Source: an uncultured Bacteroidales bacterium
GTDB taxonomy: Bacteria; Bacteroidota; Bacteroidia; Bacteroidales; FEN-979
Assembly: GCA_903837605.1 (NCBI GenBank)
Contig: CAILVF010000012.1
Location: forward strand, 15,679 to 79,678
Direction of reading: 5' to 3'
DNA length: 64,000 nucleotides
This document shows positions 1 to 10,900 of this stretch, piece by piece. The number at the start of each line of letters is the position of its first letter. Positions within the stretch are counted from its first letter, which is position 1. The notes beneath the pieces were generated by a model. The model worked only from the letters and a program-made list of their open reading frames with translations. It was not told the origin of the DNA and did no database searches. Both the position numbers and the translations under genes were made by a program.

Positions 1-1
1 C

Positions 2-769
2 CAGTGGAATAGCATGCCCAATTCCCTCGAGACGGACAGTACTTCGGCTGAAATTTCTGCTGTTGCCACTTTGATGTATCATTGCGGGGTTTCCTTTGAC
101 ATCCACTACGATTCGAGCGAAACAAGTGGCCGTGCTGCGGCCCGCAACCATGATCCCAATGATACCTGCGCCGAGAATGCCCTGAAAAAATATTTCGGAT
201 ATGATCCCATGCTCCGGTCGGTCGATCGTTCAGATTCAACGTACGAATATTGGATAAAGATTCTCAAAGATGAAATTGATGCCAAACGTCCTGTCTTTTA
301 CTCGGGTTCGAAGTATACAAAGAAAGACACATCGGGCCATAGTTTTATTTGCGACGGGTATAACAGCAGCAACTATTTTCATTTTAACTGGGGATGGGGA
401 ATGAACCAGGGTAACGCATTTTATAAGATCGATACCTCACTGAAATTTCCCGACGCCATGGACGCTATCATCGGGATCCAGAAAAATCCCCTGGGCGTTG
501 ATGACAAGGAAATGGCCGGCATGCTGATGGTCTATCCAAATCCTTCAGCCGGGATAGTTTATCTAAGGGATCCCGGAGCCGAAGGAACAATTTCTGAAAT
601 CGCCGTCAGTAACCTGATTGGCAGGACTGTTTTCCATGAGGCAGGAGCCATACTGTTCTCAGGTCCACACAGCATCGATTTATCAGGACTTGCTCCCGGG
701 ATCTATATCGTAACAGTAAGTGACAACAAGAATAAGCAGAGAAATATAAAGGTATCGATAGCAAGATGA
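2..769 (+). CDS. C10-family (streptopain-like) cysteine peptidase, C-terminal part, with T9SS C-terminal sorting domain; the 5' end lies outside the window
   Basis: The frame is open from base 2, with no stop before the listed Met at 14. GHSFICDGY...FHFNWGWG matches the catalytic-His and Trp-rich region of peptidase family C10. The last ~80 aa (VYPNPSAGIVYL...GIYIVTV...IKVSIAR) resemble a Bacteroidota T9SS CTD. Confidence 0.7.
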   Translation, partial: QWNSMPNSLETDSTSAEISAVATLMYHCGVSFDIHYDSSETSGRAAARNHDPNDTCAENALKKYFGYDPMLRSVDRSDSTYEYWIKILKDEIDAKRPVFYSGSKYTKKDTSGHSFICDGYNSSNYFHFNWGWGMNQGNAFYKIDTSLKFPDAMDAIIGIQKNPLGVDDKEMAGMLMVYPNPSAGIVYLRDPGAEGTISEIAVSNLIGRTVFHEAGAILFSGPHSIDLSGLAPGIYIVTVSDNKNKQRNIKVSIAR

Positions 770-2841
770 AAATTAAAAATGTAACTTTTCTTGCTGCTGC
801 ACTGTTTATCATGCCCTTTACATCGCAGGCCCAGGATACATGGCCCAGAAAGTTCAGCACCGATTGGGCAAAGCTCATCGTATACCAGCCTCAAACGGAT
901 TCAGCGAAGGGAGATCATTTATATTCCAGGGCGGCCATCTCCATCATAACCAAAACAAACAAATCGCCTGCCTTCGGGGCAATCTGGATGGATGCAAAGT
1001 TCGTCACCGATAAAGAAAAGGGGATTTGTACGGTATCTCAGGTGAAACTGATCAATGTGCGTTTCCCGCGCATCGACACCCTTAATGCTGCAGAAGTGAA
1101 GCGGTTTGACAGCCTGGTTGAGAAAGAGGCTTCAAAATGGAAAATGGAGTATTCCCTCGAGGAATTGAAGTCAGCATCTGAAATAGCTCATGCCGCCGGA
1201 GCAGACAGGCCGAAGCTGAAAAATGATCCGCCTGAGATCATCTTCCTGGACCAGCCATCATTCCTGGTCCTTTTCGATGGCGATCCTATATGGAAAGAGA
1301 GTGGCAGCGAAGGGCTGCAAATTGCCGTAAACACCCCATACCTGGTTCTGCGCGACACAAGAGAGAACAGCTGTTACCTTCATGGTGACCAGTTCTGGTA
1401 TTCATCACAGGACCCTGTAAAATCACAGTGGACAAGTGTTCCAAAACCATCAGCCCAGGTGCTTCATTACCTTGATGCACAAAAGAAGGAGGCCTTGAAA
1501 TCGGGCAAGCCGGCACAGCAAATCAAGAAGAAATCAGCAAAAGGCAGAACGGCAAGCCCCCTGGAAATCGTTGTCAGAACCAGGCCTTCCGAGCTGATCC
1601 AGTCTGACGGGGAGCCGCAGTTCGCTCCTATTAAAGGGACACAACTTCTATGCATGACCAACACTGATAACAATATCTTCATGACCATCGACAAGAACCA
1701 GTATTATGTACTGCTTTCCGGAAGATGGTATAGCACCGAAGCCCTGTCGGGCGGGTGGGCCTATATTGCCGCCGATAAACTTCCGGCCGATTTTGCAAAG
1801 ATCCCCAAGGGTTCTGAGAAAGATGTCGTACTGGCGAGTGTAGCCGGCACCGATGTGGCAAAAAAGGCGGTCCTGGATGCACAAATCCCGAAAACAGCGG
1901 CGGTGAACCGTAAAACAGCCAAATGCGAGGTGAAGTGGGACGGCGATCCGAAATTTGAAATGATCAAAGGAACCGAACTGGCCCGCGGAATGAACACTTC
2001 CGGCACGGTATTGCTGTTAAAAGACACTTACTACGTATGCGACAATGCCATATGGTTTACCGGTAAAGGTCCTTCGGGACCCTGGGAAGTCGCCACCTCC
2101 GTACCCGCCGAAGTTCAGAAAATACCTCCCGACGACCCGGCATATAATGTCAGGTATGTGAAAATTTATGATGTAAAACCCGAAGTGGTTTACATAGGCT
2201 ATACACCGGGTTATACAGGTTGTTATGTGGCAGGTCCTACCGTTGTTTATGGAACGGGCTATGCGTATATCCCTTTTTACGGAGCCAATTATTATCCCCG
2301 GCCTGCAACTTTCGGCTTTGCAATGAATTATAATCCCTGGATAGGATGGAGCATAGGCTTTTCGATGGCCATGGTCACCCTGAGCGTCTTCGATGCTATG
2401 TGGTATTCGGGAGGCTGGTGGGGCCCCTCATTCTATACACCTTATTATGGGGGATATTACGGAAATTATTACGGGTACAACTCCTATTCGTATTACAGTG
2501 AATATACATCCGTCAGCATCCAGGAAACCAATATTTATGAAAGCTGGGACAAGGAGGAGATTGAAAATGTAAGTGATGTTGAAGGCCTTGATGAGATGAA
2601 TTACGTTGACAATCTGGAGGACCTTAGTGACCACGATGCTGATGATCCAAACGTTCATGATGCCCAGAATGCACTGGAAGATCAAAATGCAGTGGAAAAT
2701 CAGAATCTACAGGAAAATCAGGATGTTCCGGCTGATCAGGGGGTAACTGAAGACCAGAATGACCAGGGTAATGTCGATGTTCCCGAAACGCCTGAACCTC
2801 CTGATGTCCCGGATACACCTGACCCGCCGGATCCGGATTAA
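766..2841 (+). CDS. secreted hypothetical protein with three internal repeats, a Tyr/Gly-rich low-complexity block and an acidic Pro-rich tail
   Basis: 691-aa ORF whose ATG overlaps the upstream stop (ATGA at 766-769). Signal peptide FLAAALFIMPFTSQAQ. Three copies of a DG[DE]P.F..I.GT.L...NT......YY.....W(Y/F)....GpW unit. C-terminus is YTPYYGGYYGNYYGYNSYSYYSEY, then a D/E/N/Q-rich stretch, then PETPEPPDVPDTPDPPDPD. Confidence 0.6.
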   Translation: MKIKNVTFLAAALFIMPFTSQAQDTWPRKFSTDWAKLIVYQPQTDSAKGDHLYSRAAISIITKTNKSPAFGAIWMDAKFVTDKEKGICTVSQVKLINVRFPRIDTLNAAEVKRFDSLVEKEASKWKMEYSLEELKSASEIAHAAGADRPKLKNDPPEIIFLDQPSFLVLFDGDPIWKESGSEGLQIAVNTPYLVLRDTRENSCYLHGDQFWYSSQDPVKSQWTSVPKPSAQVLHYLDAQKKEALKSGKPAQQIKKKSAKGRTASPLEIVVRTRPSELIQSDGEPQFAPIKGTQLLCMTNTDNNIFMTIDKNQYYVLLSGRWYSTEALSGGWAYIAADKLPADFAKIPKGSEKDVVLASVAGTDVAKKAVLDAQIPKTAAVNRKTAKCEVKWDGDPKFEMIKGTELARGMNTSGTVLLLKDTYYVCDNAIWFTGKGPSGPWEVATSVPAEVQKIPPDDPAYNVRYVKIYDVKPEVVYIGYTPGYTGCYVAGPTVVYGTGYAYIPFYGANYYPRPATFGFAMNYNPWIGWSIGFSMAMVTLSVFDAMWYSGGWWGPSFYTPYYGGYYGNYYGYNSYSYYSEYTSVSIQETNIYESWDKEEIENVSDVEGLDEMNYVDNLEDLSDHDADDPNVHDAQNALEDQNAVENQNLQENQDVPADQGVTEDQNDQGNVDVPETPEPPDVPDTPDPPDPD

Positions 2842-2909
2842 CCCTGTCACTATTGTGAAAACATGAATCAGCAAAAGAATTTAATAGTATCCATTCAAAT
2901 TATCAGCAT

Positions 2910-4538
2910 ATGAAATTAAAAATTTACATGCTTGCAATCATACTGTTCAGTAGCATTGCATCTTTCGGACAAAACTCCGGAAAGACAGACCGGATTATAA
3001 TAAAATTGAAAAATGAAATTGCAGATCCGGGCAATTCATGGAGTAAACAAAATCTAATCGGAAATAATAGAATTGACATTGTAAGTCAAAAATTCCAGGC
3101 GGTAAAAATCAGCAGGCAATCTGCAGGAAAAAAGAGCAACGCACATATTTATGTTATTCAATTTCCGCAAGGAACAGACCTGAAACAGGTCATAGATGAA
3201 TATTGCAAGACTGGTGAAACAGTATATGCAGAGCCTGACTTTACAGGTTCAGGAGGCGGAACACAAGGTATTGTCCCTAATGACCAGTATTATTATTTAC
3301 AATGGGGATTAAAAAACGATGGCACCTTCCCCTTGTCTCCTTCAAAAGCCGGAGCGGATATTGATATGGAAAATGGCTGGAGTCTTGAACAGGGAGACAG
3401 CACTATCATAGTTGGAATAATTGATACCGGAGATAAGCTGGATCATCCGGAATTTGCAGGAAGGATATGGAAGAATTATAAGGAAATACCGAACAATGGA
3501 ATTGACGACGACGGTAACGGGTTTGTCGATGATGTTCAGGGATGGAATTTTGCCGGTTCCAATAATGACCCGACTGATGACCAGGGACACGGGACCAATG
3601 TAGCGGGAATTATAGGTGCAAATGCAAATAATACGATTTTATATGCAGGCGTTGACTGGAAATGCAAACTAATGATTTTAAAAGGACTTAACAATTCAAG
3701 TTTCGGGTATTATTCATGGTGGGCCGATGCTATTTATTACGCTGTAGATAATGGAGCAAAAGTGATCAATATGTCTCTGGGCGGCAAAGGCGTTTCCACC
3801 ACGCTTCAGGATGCTGTTAATTATGCTTTAGATAATAATGTTGTCATTGCAGCTTGTATGATGAACACAAACTCAGATACAATTTACTATCCTGCAAAGT
3901 ATACCGGTGTTATTGCCGTAGGTTCTACAAATCCAAATGATACCAGGTCCAATCCGTTTTTCTGGAGTCCTACCAGCGGAAGTAATTATGGGTCTCATAT
4001 TTCTGTTGTAGCCCCGGGAAATTATATTTATGGACTGAACTACCTGTCAAACACAAATTACAGTAGTTATTGGGGAGGAACTTCACAGGCGACACCTCTT
4101 GTTGCCGGGCTTGCTTCTTTATTATTGGCACAGGATACAAACAGGACACCTGCACAAATAAAATCCATCATTGAATCGACTGCTGAAGACCAGGTAGGAG
4201 ACCCAAGTGAAGATACTCCCGGTTGGGACCAGTATTACGGATTTGGAAGAATAAATGCTTTTTATGCTTTGTCTGTTTTTACTGGTATTAAAACACAGGA
4301 TCCTCAGGATGAAATGGTGACGGTTTTCCCTAATCCTGCTAAAGATAATTTTACTGTATCATTTCCCGCAATGACAAGACAAATAGAGATTTTCAATTTA
4401 CTCGGACAAACGGTCATTCGTAAAAAGGTTGAAGGACTGTCAAAACAAACTTTTCAGCTTGAAAACAATGGGATTTATTTGATACAAGTTACTACGGGAA
4501 AACAAAGAATTTCAAAAAAACTAACGGTGTGTAAGTGA
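2910..4538 (+). CDS. subtilisin-like serine peptidase (family S8) with T9SS C-terminal sorting domain
   Basis: Signal peptide MKLKIYMLAIILFSSIASFGQ. Catalytic-triad motifs are present in order: IIDTGDKLDHPEF (Asp), GHGTNVAGIIGA (His), GGTSQATPLVAG (Ser). The C-terminal VTVFPNPAKDNFTVSF...GIYLIQV...KKLTVCK is CTD-like. Confidence 0.9.
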   Translation: MKLKIYMLAIILFSSIASFGQNSGKTDRIIIKLKNEIADPGNSWSKQNLIGNNRIDIVSQKFQAVKISRQSAGKKSNAHIYVIQFPQGTDLKQVIDEYCKTGETVYAEPDFTGSGGGTQGIVPNDQYYYLQWGLKNDGTFPLSPSKAGADIDMENGWSLEQGDSTIIVGIIDTGDKLDHPEFAGRIWKNYKEIPNNGIDDDGNGFVDDVQGWNFAGSNNDPTDDQGHGTNVAGIIGANANNTILYAGVDWKCKLMILKGLNNSSFGYYSWWADAIYYAVDNGAKVINMSLGGKGVSTTLQDAVNYALDNNVVIAACMMNTNSDTIYYPAKYTGVIAVGSTNPNDTRSNPFFWSPTSGSNYGSHISVVAPGNYIYGLNYLSNTNYSSYWGGTSQATPLVAGLASLLLAQDTNRTPAQIKSIIESTAEDQVGDPSEDTPGWDQYYGFGRINAFYALSVFTGIKTQDPQDEMVTVFPNPAKDNFTVSFPAMTRQIEIFNLLGQTVIRKKVEGLSKQTFQLENNGIYLIQVTTGKQRISKKLTVCK

Positions 4539-4575
4539 CATAAAATACTCTTTTTCATCCTTTAAATTTAAACCT

Positions 4576-6462
4576 ATGAAAACAAAAAAAATAAGTTGCT
4601 GGCTTTCTTCCCTGATAATTCTGCCGGCATTCATCCTGGGGAGTTTATCATTAATGGCACAGAATTCTCCGGTTGTTCATCCAACCGGAGTCGGAGTTTG
4701 TACATATTTGGGGGAGAGCCAGCCGCTTCGCGATATTCCTCCATCAAGCCCGGAGGAACTTTCGAGGCTGAAGAAAAATTTCAAACAGGATTTTCTGAAC
4801 CCTACCCTGAAATATCGTTCTTATCCTAATGCAGATGCAGCTTTATTAAAGGGGGAAGATCCCACTATTCAGAAGCAGATGGGAGGCCTCAGCTTTGATC
4901 AGAGTCAGCAGGTCAATTTCGAAGGTCAAAGCTCCAATTATGTACCTGACGAAAATGGAACTGCCGGCCTCAACCATTACATGCAAACAGTCAACACGAC
5001 CTATGCAATTTATGATAAATCAGGTGTGCTGAAAGCTGGTCCGACAAATGTCAACCTGATCTTCGGAAATGTGCCCGGGGCGAACCGGAACGACGGTGAT
5101 CCCATCGTTATTTATGATGAGCAGGCCAACCGCTACCTGGTGGCGGAATTTTCGGTACCTACCGACGGGACCCAGAATTATATTCTTGTTGCAGTTTCAG
5201 CGACCAGTGATCCTACAGGAGCATGGCACAAATACTCTTTCCCTGCTCCTACAATGCCCGATTATCCTAAATTCGGAGTATGGCGCGACGGCTATTACCT
5301 GGGGGTCAACAATACCAACGGGCTTGATGACATCTTTGTTTTAGAACGCTCAAAAATGTTACTGGGTCAAACGGCGCAATATGTCAAATTCACCAATCCC
5401 AATCGTCCCGGTTCGGGAGGAGAATTTAAAATTACCCCCCCCGTTGATAATGACGGAGCCTTTGCCCCGGAAGGATCTCCTGGTTTGTTTATTGCCATCA
5501 ATGATGCCGGTTGGGGTGGCAGCTGTCAGCTCTGGATCTATCAACTGGCAGTAAACTGGACAACAACTACGGCTTCAACTTTCCAGAGGACGCAGCAAAT
5601 TGATGTGGCGCCATTTTCCAGCAATTTTGGAACCGATTGGTCCAACATCCGTCAGAAAGGAAGCACCCAGAAAGTTGATGCGGTGCCTACAATCATTATG
5701 AATATGCCGCAATACAGGAATTTCGACTCGTACCAGACCCTTGTTTGCTGCCATACGGTCAATATTGACGGCAAAGGGCGGGCAGGGATAAGGTGGTATG
5801 AATTGCGCAAAACAAACGCTGCCTGGACTATACGCCAGCAAGGCACTTATTCTCCGGATACCACAAGCCGCTGGATGGGCAGTATCCTGCTGAACGGGGA
5901 AAACAAGATCGGTTTGGGTTATTCCGTTTCGAGCTTGGGAGAGTACCCCGGGATCAGGTATTGCGGACAGTCTTCAACGGCATATCTTGCAGGAAATTCA
6001 ACACTTGACATAGCAGAATCCACGATATGGTCAGGTACGACATCACAGGAGTTGACAAACCGATGGGGGGATTATTCATCCATGGCAGTAGATCCGGCAG
6101 ATGATAAAACATTTTGGTATACGAACCAATATATAAAGGCCGACATGACCAGGGGTACCAGGATCACATCCATTGTTTTTGAAAGTCCGGTGAGCATAAA
6201 CCCACAGGAAGGCAGCGAGAAACCATGGTTCCGCGTTTTCCCGAATCCTTCGGATGGGATCTTCACCATCCTCCCACAAAACGCAGGGGTGACAAATCTG
6301 AAAGTGCAGGTTGCTGATCTTACGGGCAGGCTTATTTTCGAAAAACAGTTTGGTCAACAAAATGAATATTTCATTGATCTTTCGCAGGCCGAAAGAGGTG
6401 TTTATTCCCTCAGACTGCAAAACTGGAAATCCGTTCAGACCATCAAGCTGATAAAAAAGTAA
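4576..6462 (+). CDS. secreted hypothetical protein with T9SS C-terminal sorting domain
   Basis: 628-aa ORF with signal peptide (LSSLIILPAFILGSLSLMAQ). C-terminal FRVFPNPSDGIFTIL...GVYSLRLQN...IKLIKK is CTD-like. I recognise no catalytic motif. Confidence 0.6.
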   Translation: MKTKKISCWLSSLIILPAFILGSLSLMAQNSPVVHPTGVGVCTYLGESQPLRDIPPSSPEELSRLKKNFKQDFLNPTLKYRSYPNADAALLKGEDPTIQKQMGGLSFDQSQQVNFEGQSSNYVPDENGTAGLNHYMQTVNTTYAIYDKSGVLKAGPTNVNLIFGNVPGANRNDGDPIVIYDEQANRYLVAEFSVPTDGTQNYILVAVSATSDPTGAWHKYSFPAPTMPDYPKFGVWRDGYYLGVNNTNGLDDIFVLERSKMLLGQTAQYVKFTNPNRPGSGGEFKITPPVDNDGAFAPEGSPGLFIAINDAGWGGSCQLWIYQLAVNWTTTTASTFQRTQQIDVAPFSSNFGTDWSNIRQKGSTQKVDAVPTIIMNMPQYRNFDSYQTLVCCHTVNIDGKGRAGIRWYELRKTNAAWTIRQQGTYSPDTTSRWMGSILLNGENKIGLGYSVSSLGEYPGIRYCGQSSTAYLAGNSTLDIAESTIWSGTTSQELTNRWGDYSSMAVDPADDKTFWYTNQYIKADMTRGTRITSIVFESPVSINPQEGSEKPWFRVFPNPSDGIFTILPQNAGVTNLKVQVADLTGRLIFEKQFGQQNEYFIDLSQAERGVYSLRLQNWKSVQTIKLIKK

Positions 6463-6478
6463 GCCAAACATCGTTATT

Positions 6479-7789
6479 ATGAGAACATTTGAAAAAATAA
6501 GCAGTCTGTTATTGTTTGCAGGTTTATTTACGTTTTGCAATAAAACATTTTCTCAGCCGGTTTCTGACCCTTTCTCCAATGGAAGCAATGAGCGGAATAT
6601 GATTGTTGTGATCAGCGACATTCATCTTGGTGCCGACCTCGCCTATGCAGAGACCAATAAAAATCTTAAACCACTCGAGAAATTTCTCGAAAGGATCAGG
6701 CTGTCACCAAATGTAAAGGAACTTGTAATTGCCGGGGATTTGCTTGACGAGTGGTTTGTACCTGCAACAACAGATACTTATCAGGGAAAGGATCAGGCTG
6801 ATTTTGTCAGGCGGATAGGGATCGCCAACAAAGGAGTGATTGCGGCCTTCAACCGTATCATTCAGGATGGAAAAATTTCAGTTACTTATGTACCGGGGAA
6901 CCATGATCTGACAATAAGTGCTGAAAACCTTGCAAGTATACTGCCGGGAATAAAGCAGGCAAGGGATAAGGAGTTGGGTTTAGGCACCTATTCCCCGGCC
7001 GACCATCCGGAAATAGCCATTGAGCATGGACACCGCTATAATTTCTTTTGCGCACCCGACCCGATCTCAAACCAGGATATTGCACCCGGGACAATAATGC
7101 CTCCAGGATACTTTTTTACAAGAATTGCAGCTCTTCACGTGGTGCAAAATTGCCGGACGCCGCATGATTCAGTGCCGCCAGTTACCAAAAATAATTCGGG
7201 AGGCGTAAGCCAGAATTTATTATTCGGATACTGGAAACTGTGGAGAGCGACATTGAATCTGTTCAGAATAACAAACAATTTCGATGAAAAAATAATCTTA
7301 ACAAAAGTGAACGGATTTACCGGAACCTATTCAGTTAAAGACCTGCTTCCATTTCAGGCATCAACCGGAGGCCTCATCGATGTGAAGCTTTATAAGGGAA
7401 TCCAGGATTCATGGGAACAGAGACAAACACTCAACAATGTGGCTGTTAAAATTCCTGTTGCTGAAGCGATGAGATATGTTGCAGAAGCGACTGAAATGGA
7501 CAAGCAGGCTTCGGTTCAATACTTTCTGAACCCTAAGTCAGATAAGAGAATCGTCGTTTTCGGACATACTCATGATGCGAAAATCAATACATCAAACAAC
7601 TATAAAGGGCAGAAATCGATTTATGCGAATTCCGGAACATGGATAGATCATAATCCAAAACTGACAACAATGAATTTTGTTATCATAACGATCCAGAATG
7701 CTGAGGCAACTTCACAAACCTGGGTGAAACTGTATAATTTCGAAAGAGAGGTTATAACGAAAATGGCTGAAAACTCAGTACGATTATAA
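6479..7789 (+). CDS. calcineurin-like metallophosphoesterase (secreted)
   Basis: Ordered metallophosphoesterase motifs: VVISDIHLG, IAGDLLDEW, VPGNHD, EHGHRYN, VFGHTH. N-terminal signal peptide. Confidence 0.8.
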   Translation: MRTFEKISSLLLFAGLFTFCNKTFSQPVSDPFSNGSNERNMIVVISDIHLGADLAYAETNKNLKPLEKFLERIRLSPNVKELVIAGDLLDEWFVPATTDTYQGKDQADFVRRIGIANKGVIAAFNRIIQDGKISVTYVPGNHDLTISAENLASILPGIKQARDKELGLGTYSPADHPEIAIEHGHRYNFFCAPDPISNQDIAPGTIMPPGYFFTRIAALHVVQNCRTPHDSVPPVTKNNSGGVSQNLLFGYWKLWRATLNLFRITNNFDEKIILTKVNGFTGTYSVKDLLPFQASTGGLIDVKLYKGIQDSWEQRQTLNNVAVKIPVAEAMRYVAEATEMDKQASVQYFLNPKSDKRIVVFGHTHDAKINTSNNYKGQKSIYANSGTWIDHNPKLTTMNFVIITIQNAEATSQTWVKLYNFEREVITKMAENSVRL

Positions 7790-7914
7790 TTGAAAAAAGC
7801 TCTTGATTATGGAGTTTATCTGCCGCTTCAAATTAACGACAAGTTCCCCGGTTACTCTATCTAAATCATAATCACATGAAAGAACCGGAATCATTCAACT
7901 TCAGAACAAACGCT

Positions 7915-10900
7915 ATGGAAAGATATACCCAATTCCGTTTGGCCGCGATTTTAATCCTGTCATTCGCCCTCACCTTATTTACCCAGGCTGCCGACCAGGT
8001 TGTTACGAACAATGCCAATTCCGGCGCAGGAAGCTTCAGGCAGGCCATTACTGATGTTACCGCAGGAGGTACAATTACCTTCAACTTATCCGCAGGAAAC
8101 GAAACTATAACAATTGCTTCTGAACTGGTAATAATCAAAGCTATGACCATCAATGGCGCCAATACTTCCGGAAGCGGAACACAGGTAACGGTGCAGGTCA
8201 CCACTCCGGGAACATCGGCGTGGAGGGTTTTCGAAATTTCGGCCTCGGGAAGCACCATTAACCTGCAGAACATGTCGTTAAAAGGTGGGGATATGAGTAT
8301 TGACTATGGGGGCTCCATTCAAATCAATGCAGGGGCAACCGTGAACCTGACCGGCATGATCATATCAGGCAGCAAAGCTTATGACGGGGGAGGAATCAAT
8401 ATAGCCAGCTCCTGGTCAGACCGATCCGTTGTGACAGTTACCTCATCAACTTTCAATGGAAACTCTGCGAATCACAGAGGGGGTGGAATTTGTATATCCT
8501 ATTATGTTAATATAACGATTAACGCTTGTGAATTTACCAATAACTCAGGTAATGGAGGAGCGATTTTAAACGGCGGAGTGGTCACTATCACAAAATCCAC
8601 CTTTAATGGAAATTCAGGATGGGTAGGCGGAACAATTTATAATTTTAACAGTTCAACGGCAACGATTGTCTCCTCCACCATCAGCGGAAATTCAAGCGGT
8701 TGGTACGCAGGGGGAATATACTCAGAGGGGACCTGTTACCTGCTCAATTCCATCCTGATCAATAATACCGGTACAGCCGGACGTGATATCAGCGTAGGCA
8801 GTGGATCAACATATGCCTATTATTGCTGGTACAACTCAACATATGGCACGATCAATACTCAGGCCGGTGCACCTAATGTGACTACATCGTATTCCTCAGG
8901 ATATCTTGGGGCCCTCGCAAACAATGGAGGTCCCACCCAAACGATGGCTGTCACTGCCACATCCCCGGCTCTGAACAATGGAGCTTTTGCTTATTATAAT
9001 GTGACTGACGGATATTATTTCCTCGATAACCAGGCTATACCGGTTTCACATAAACTGGCCGACTGGGCTACCAGTCCTTCTATAATTCCAACTGATAAGA
9101 TTACCACCGACCAGAGGGGTTCAATCATCCTGGGTTCACCTGCCATCGGGGCATACAACCCGGATCCCCCTGCAGTCGTTGTTACGGCTACTGCCGGCAC
9201 AACAACAGGTGGCTACGCCACCCTGCGTGAAGCATTCAATGCCATCAATGCCGGAACCCACCAGGGAACTGTTACGGTGATGATCAACAACAGCACGACC
9301 GAAACGGCAAGCGCCGTCCTTAACGCAAGCGGAAGCGGTAGTGCATTGTACACATCGGTCAACATCTACCCGACGGTCACCGGACTCTCAATTAGCGGTA
9401 ACCTCGCCACACCTCTTATCGACCTGAACGGGGCCGACAATGTAACCATCGATGGCAGGGTAAATGCCGCGGGATCGGCCAAAGACCTGGTCATCACAAA
9501 TACCAGCACATCCTCCGCCGACGGAGTTTCAACTATCCGGTTTATCAATGATGCCTGCAGCAATACCGTTAAGTATTGCGTTATCAAAGGATCAGAACTC
9601 GCATCCGTATCCTGGTCCGGTATTCTTTTTTTCTCCACCGCCGGCAGCAATAACGGCAATGACAACAACCTGATCGATCATAATGACATCACCTGTGCCT
9701 CCGATGTAAATCGCCCCCAAAATGCTGTTTGCTCTTTGGGCACCGCCGGCAAAGAAAACGACGGTAACACAATCAGCAATGACAATATCTTTGATTTTTT
9801 CAGCAGGTCGGTAGCGACCTGTGGCATCTATCTGGACAATAACAACTCTGCCTGGACGATTTCCGGTTGCAGCTTTTATGAGCAGAATGCCTTTGCTCCA
9901 TCCTCTAGTCAATCTTTTTCCGTTGTGAAGATCAATTCTCCCACCGGGAACAATTTTACCATTACCGGCAACTACATTGGAGGCTCTGCAGCTCTGTGCA
10001 GCGGAACATTTACAAAAATCAATTCAGGCAACAACACTTTCTACGGGATAATTGTCATTACAGGGCCTGGAACCGCAAGCAATATTCAGGGAAACACCAT
10101 CCGAAACTTTAATTATGCAAACTCATCCAGTGCATCCTGGTCTGGAATATCTGTTCGTGAAGGTACTGTTAATATCGGAACTGTCACAACCAATACAATT
10201 GGAACTGCAACTGGTAATGGTTCAGTGATTTTAACCAATACTACCAGCGAGGGCTCTTTCACTGGAATAGACGTTGCAGGAACGTGCACAACAAATACCC
10301 AGAATAACACCATTGGGTCGATCACCACGGCCAATATAAATGCAGCCAATGCAACGAATTTCTGTGGTATTAAAACATCTTCGACAGGTACCATCACCAT
10401 CTGTAACAATACGATAGGCAGCCAAACAACAACCGGCAGCATTAATCTGAGTTCGCCGTCTGCCACAGGGGATCAAATAGCCATTGGAATATTGAATGAG
10501 GGGCCAGGAAGTTTGACCATTTCGGGAAACCTCATTGCCAATATGACAAACGGGATTACGAGTTCTGATCCAAACAACCGTGGCTTGATTCATGGTATTT
10601 TAACCCTTGACGGATCAAATACCATTTCAGGCAATACAATCCGTGATCTTAGAATTGCCAATGCAAACACCGCTGCAGACTATATGGCGCCGGTCATTGG
10701 GATTGGACTGATCTACACAACGGATGCAGCCCAGAGCATTACGGGAAACACTATTTATAATTTATCGAACACTTTTACTTCATTCGCAGGAAACGTCATT
10801 GGATTATACTATAACGGATCCACAACAGCCAGCACGGTTTCAGGCAACTTCATTCACAGTTTGTCGATGACGTTACCCACGACGGCTGCAAATATTTACG

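Noticed and set aside
7872-8273. Antisense or off-frame 'shadow' ORFs inside large genes. Examples: 7872..8273(-), 10113..10593(-), 13063..13458(-), 18661..19236(-), 22479..23003(-), 24085..24720(-), 30478..30963(-), 32034..32710(-), 38509..38997(-), 40944..41882(-), and 54633..57560(+) opposite the DUF1566 genes.
   Set aside because: Each lies entirely within a long ORF on another frame that carries unambiguous family motifs (NRPS, PKS, ABC, adhesin and so on). Their translations are compositionally odd (Arg/Pro/Cys-rich) and carry no motifs. They are best explained by GC-rich or repeat-rich coding sequence that lacks stops in other frames.
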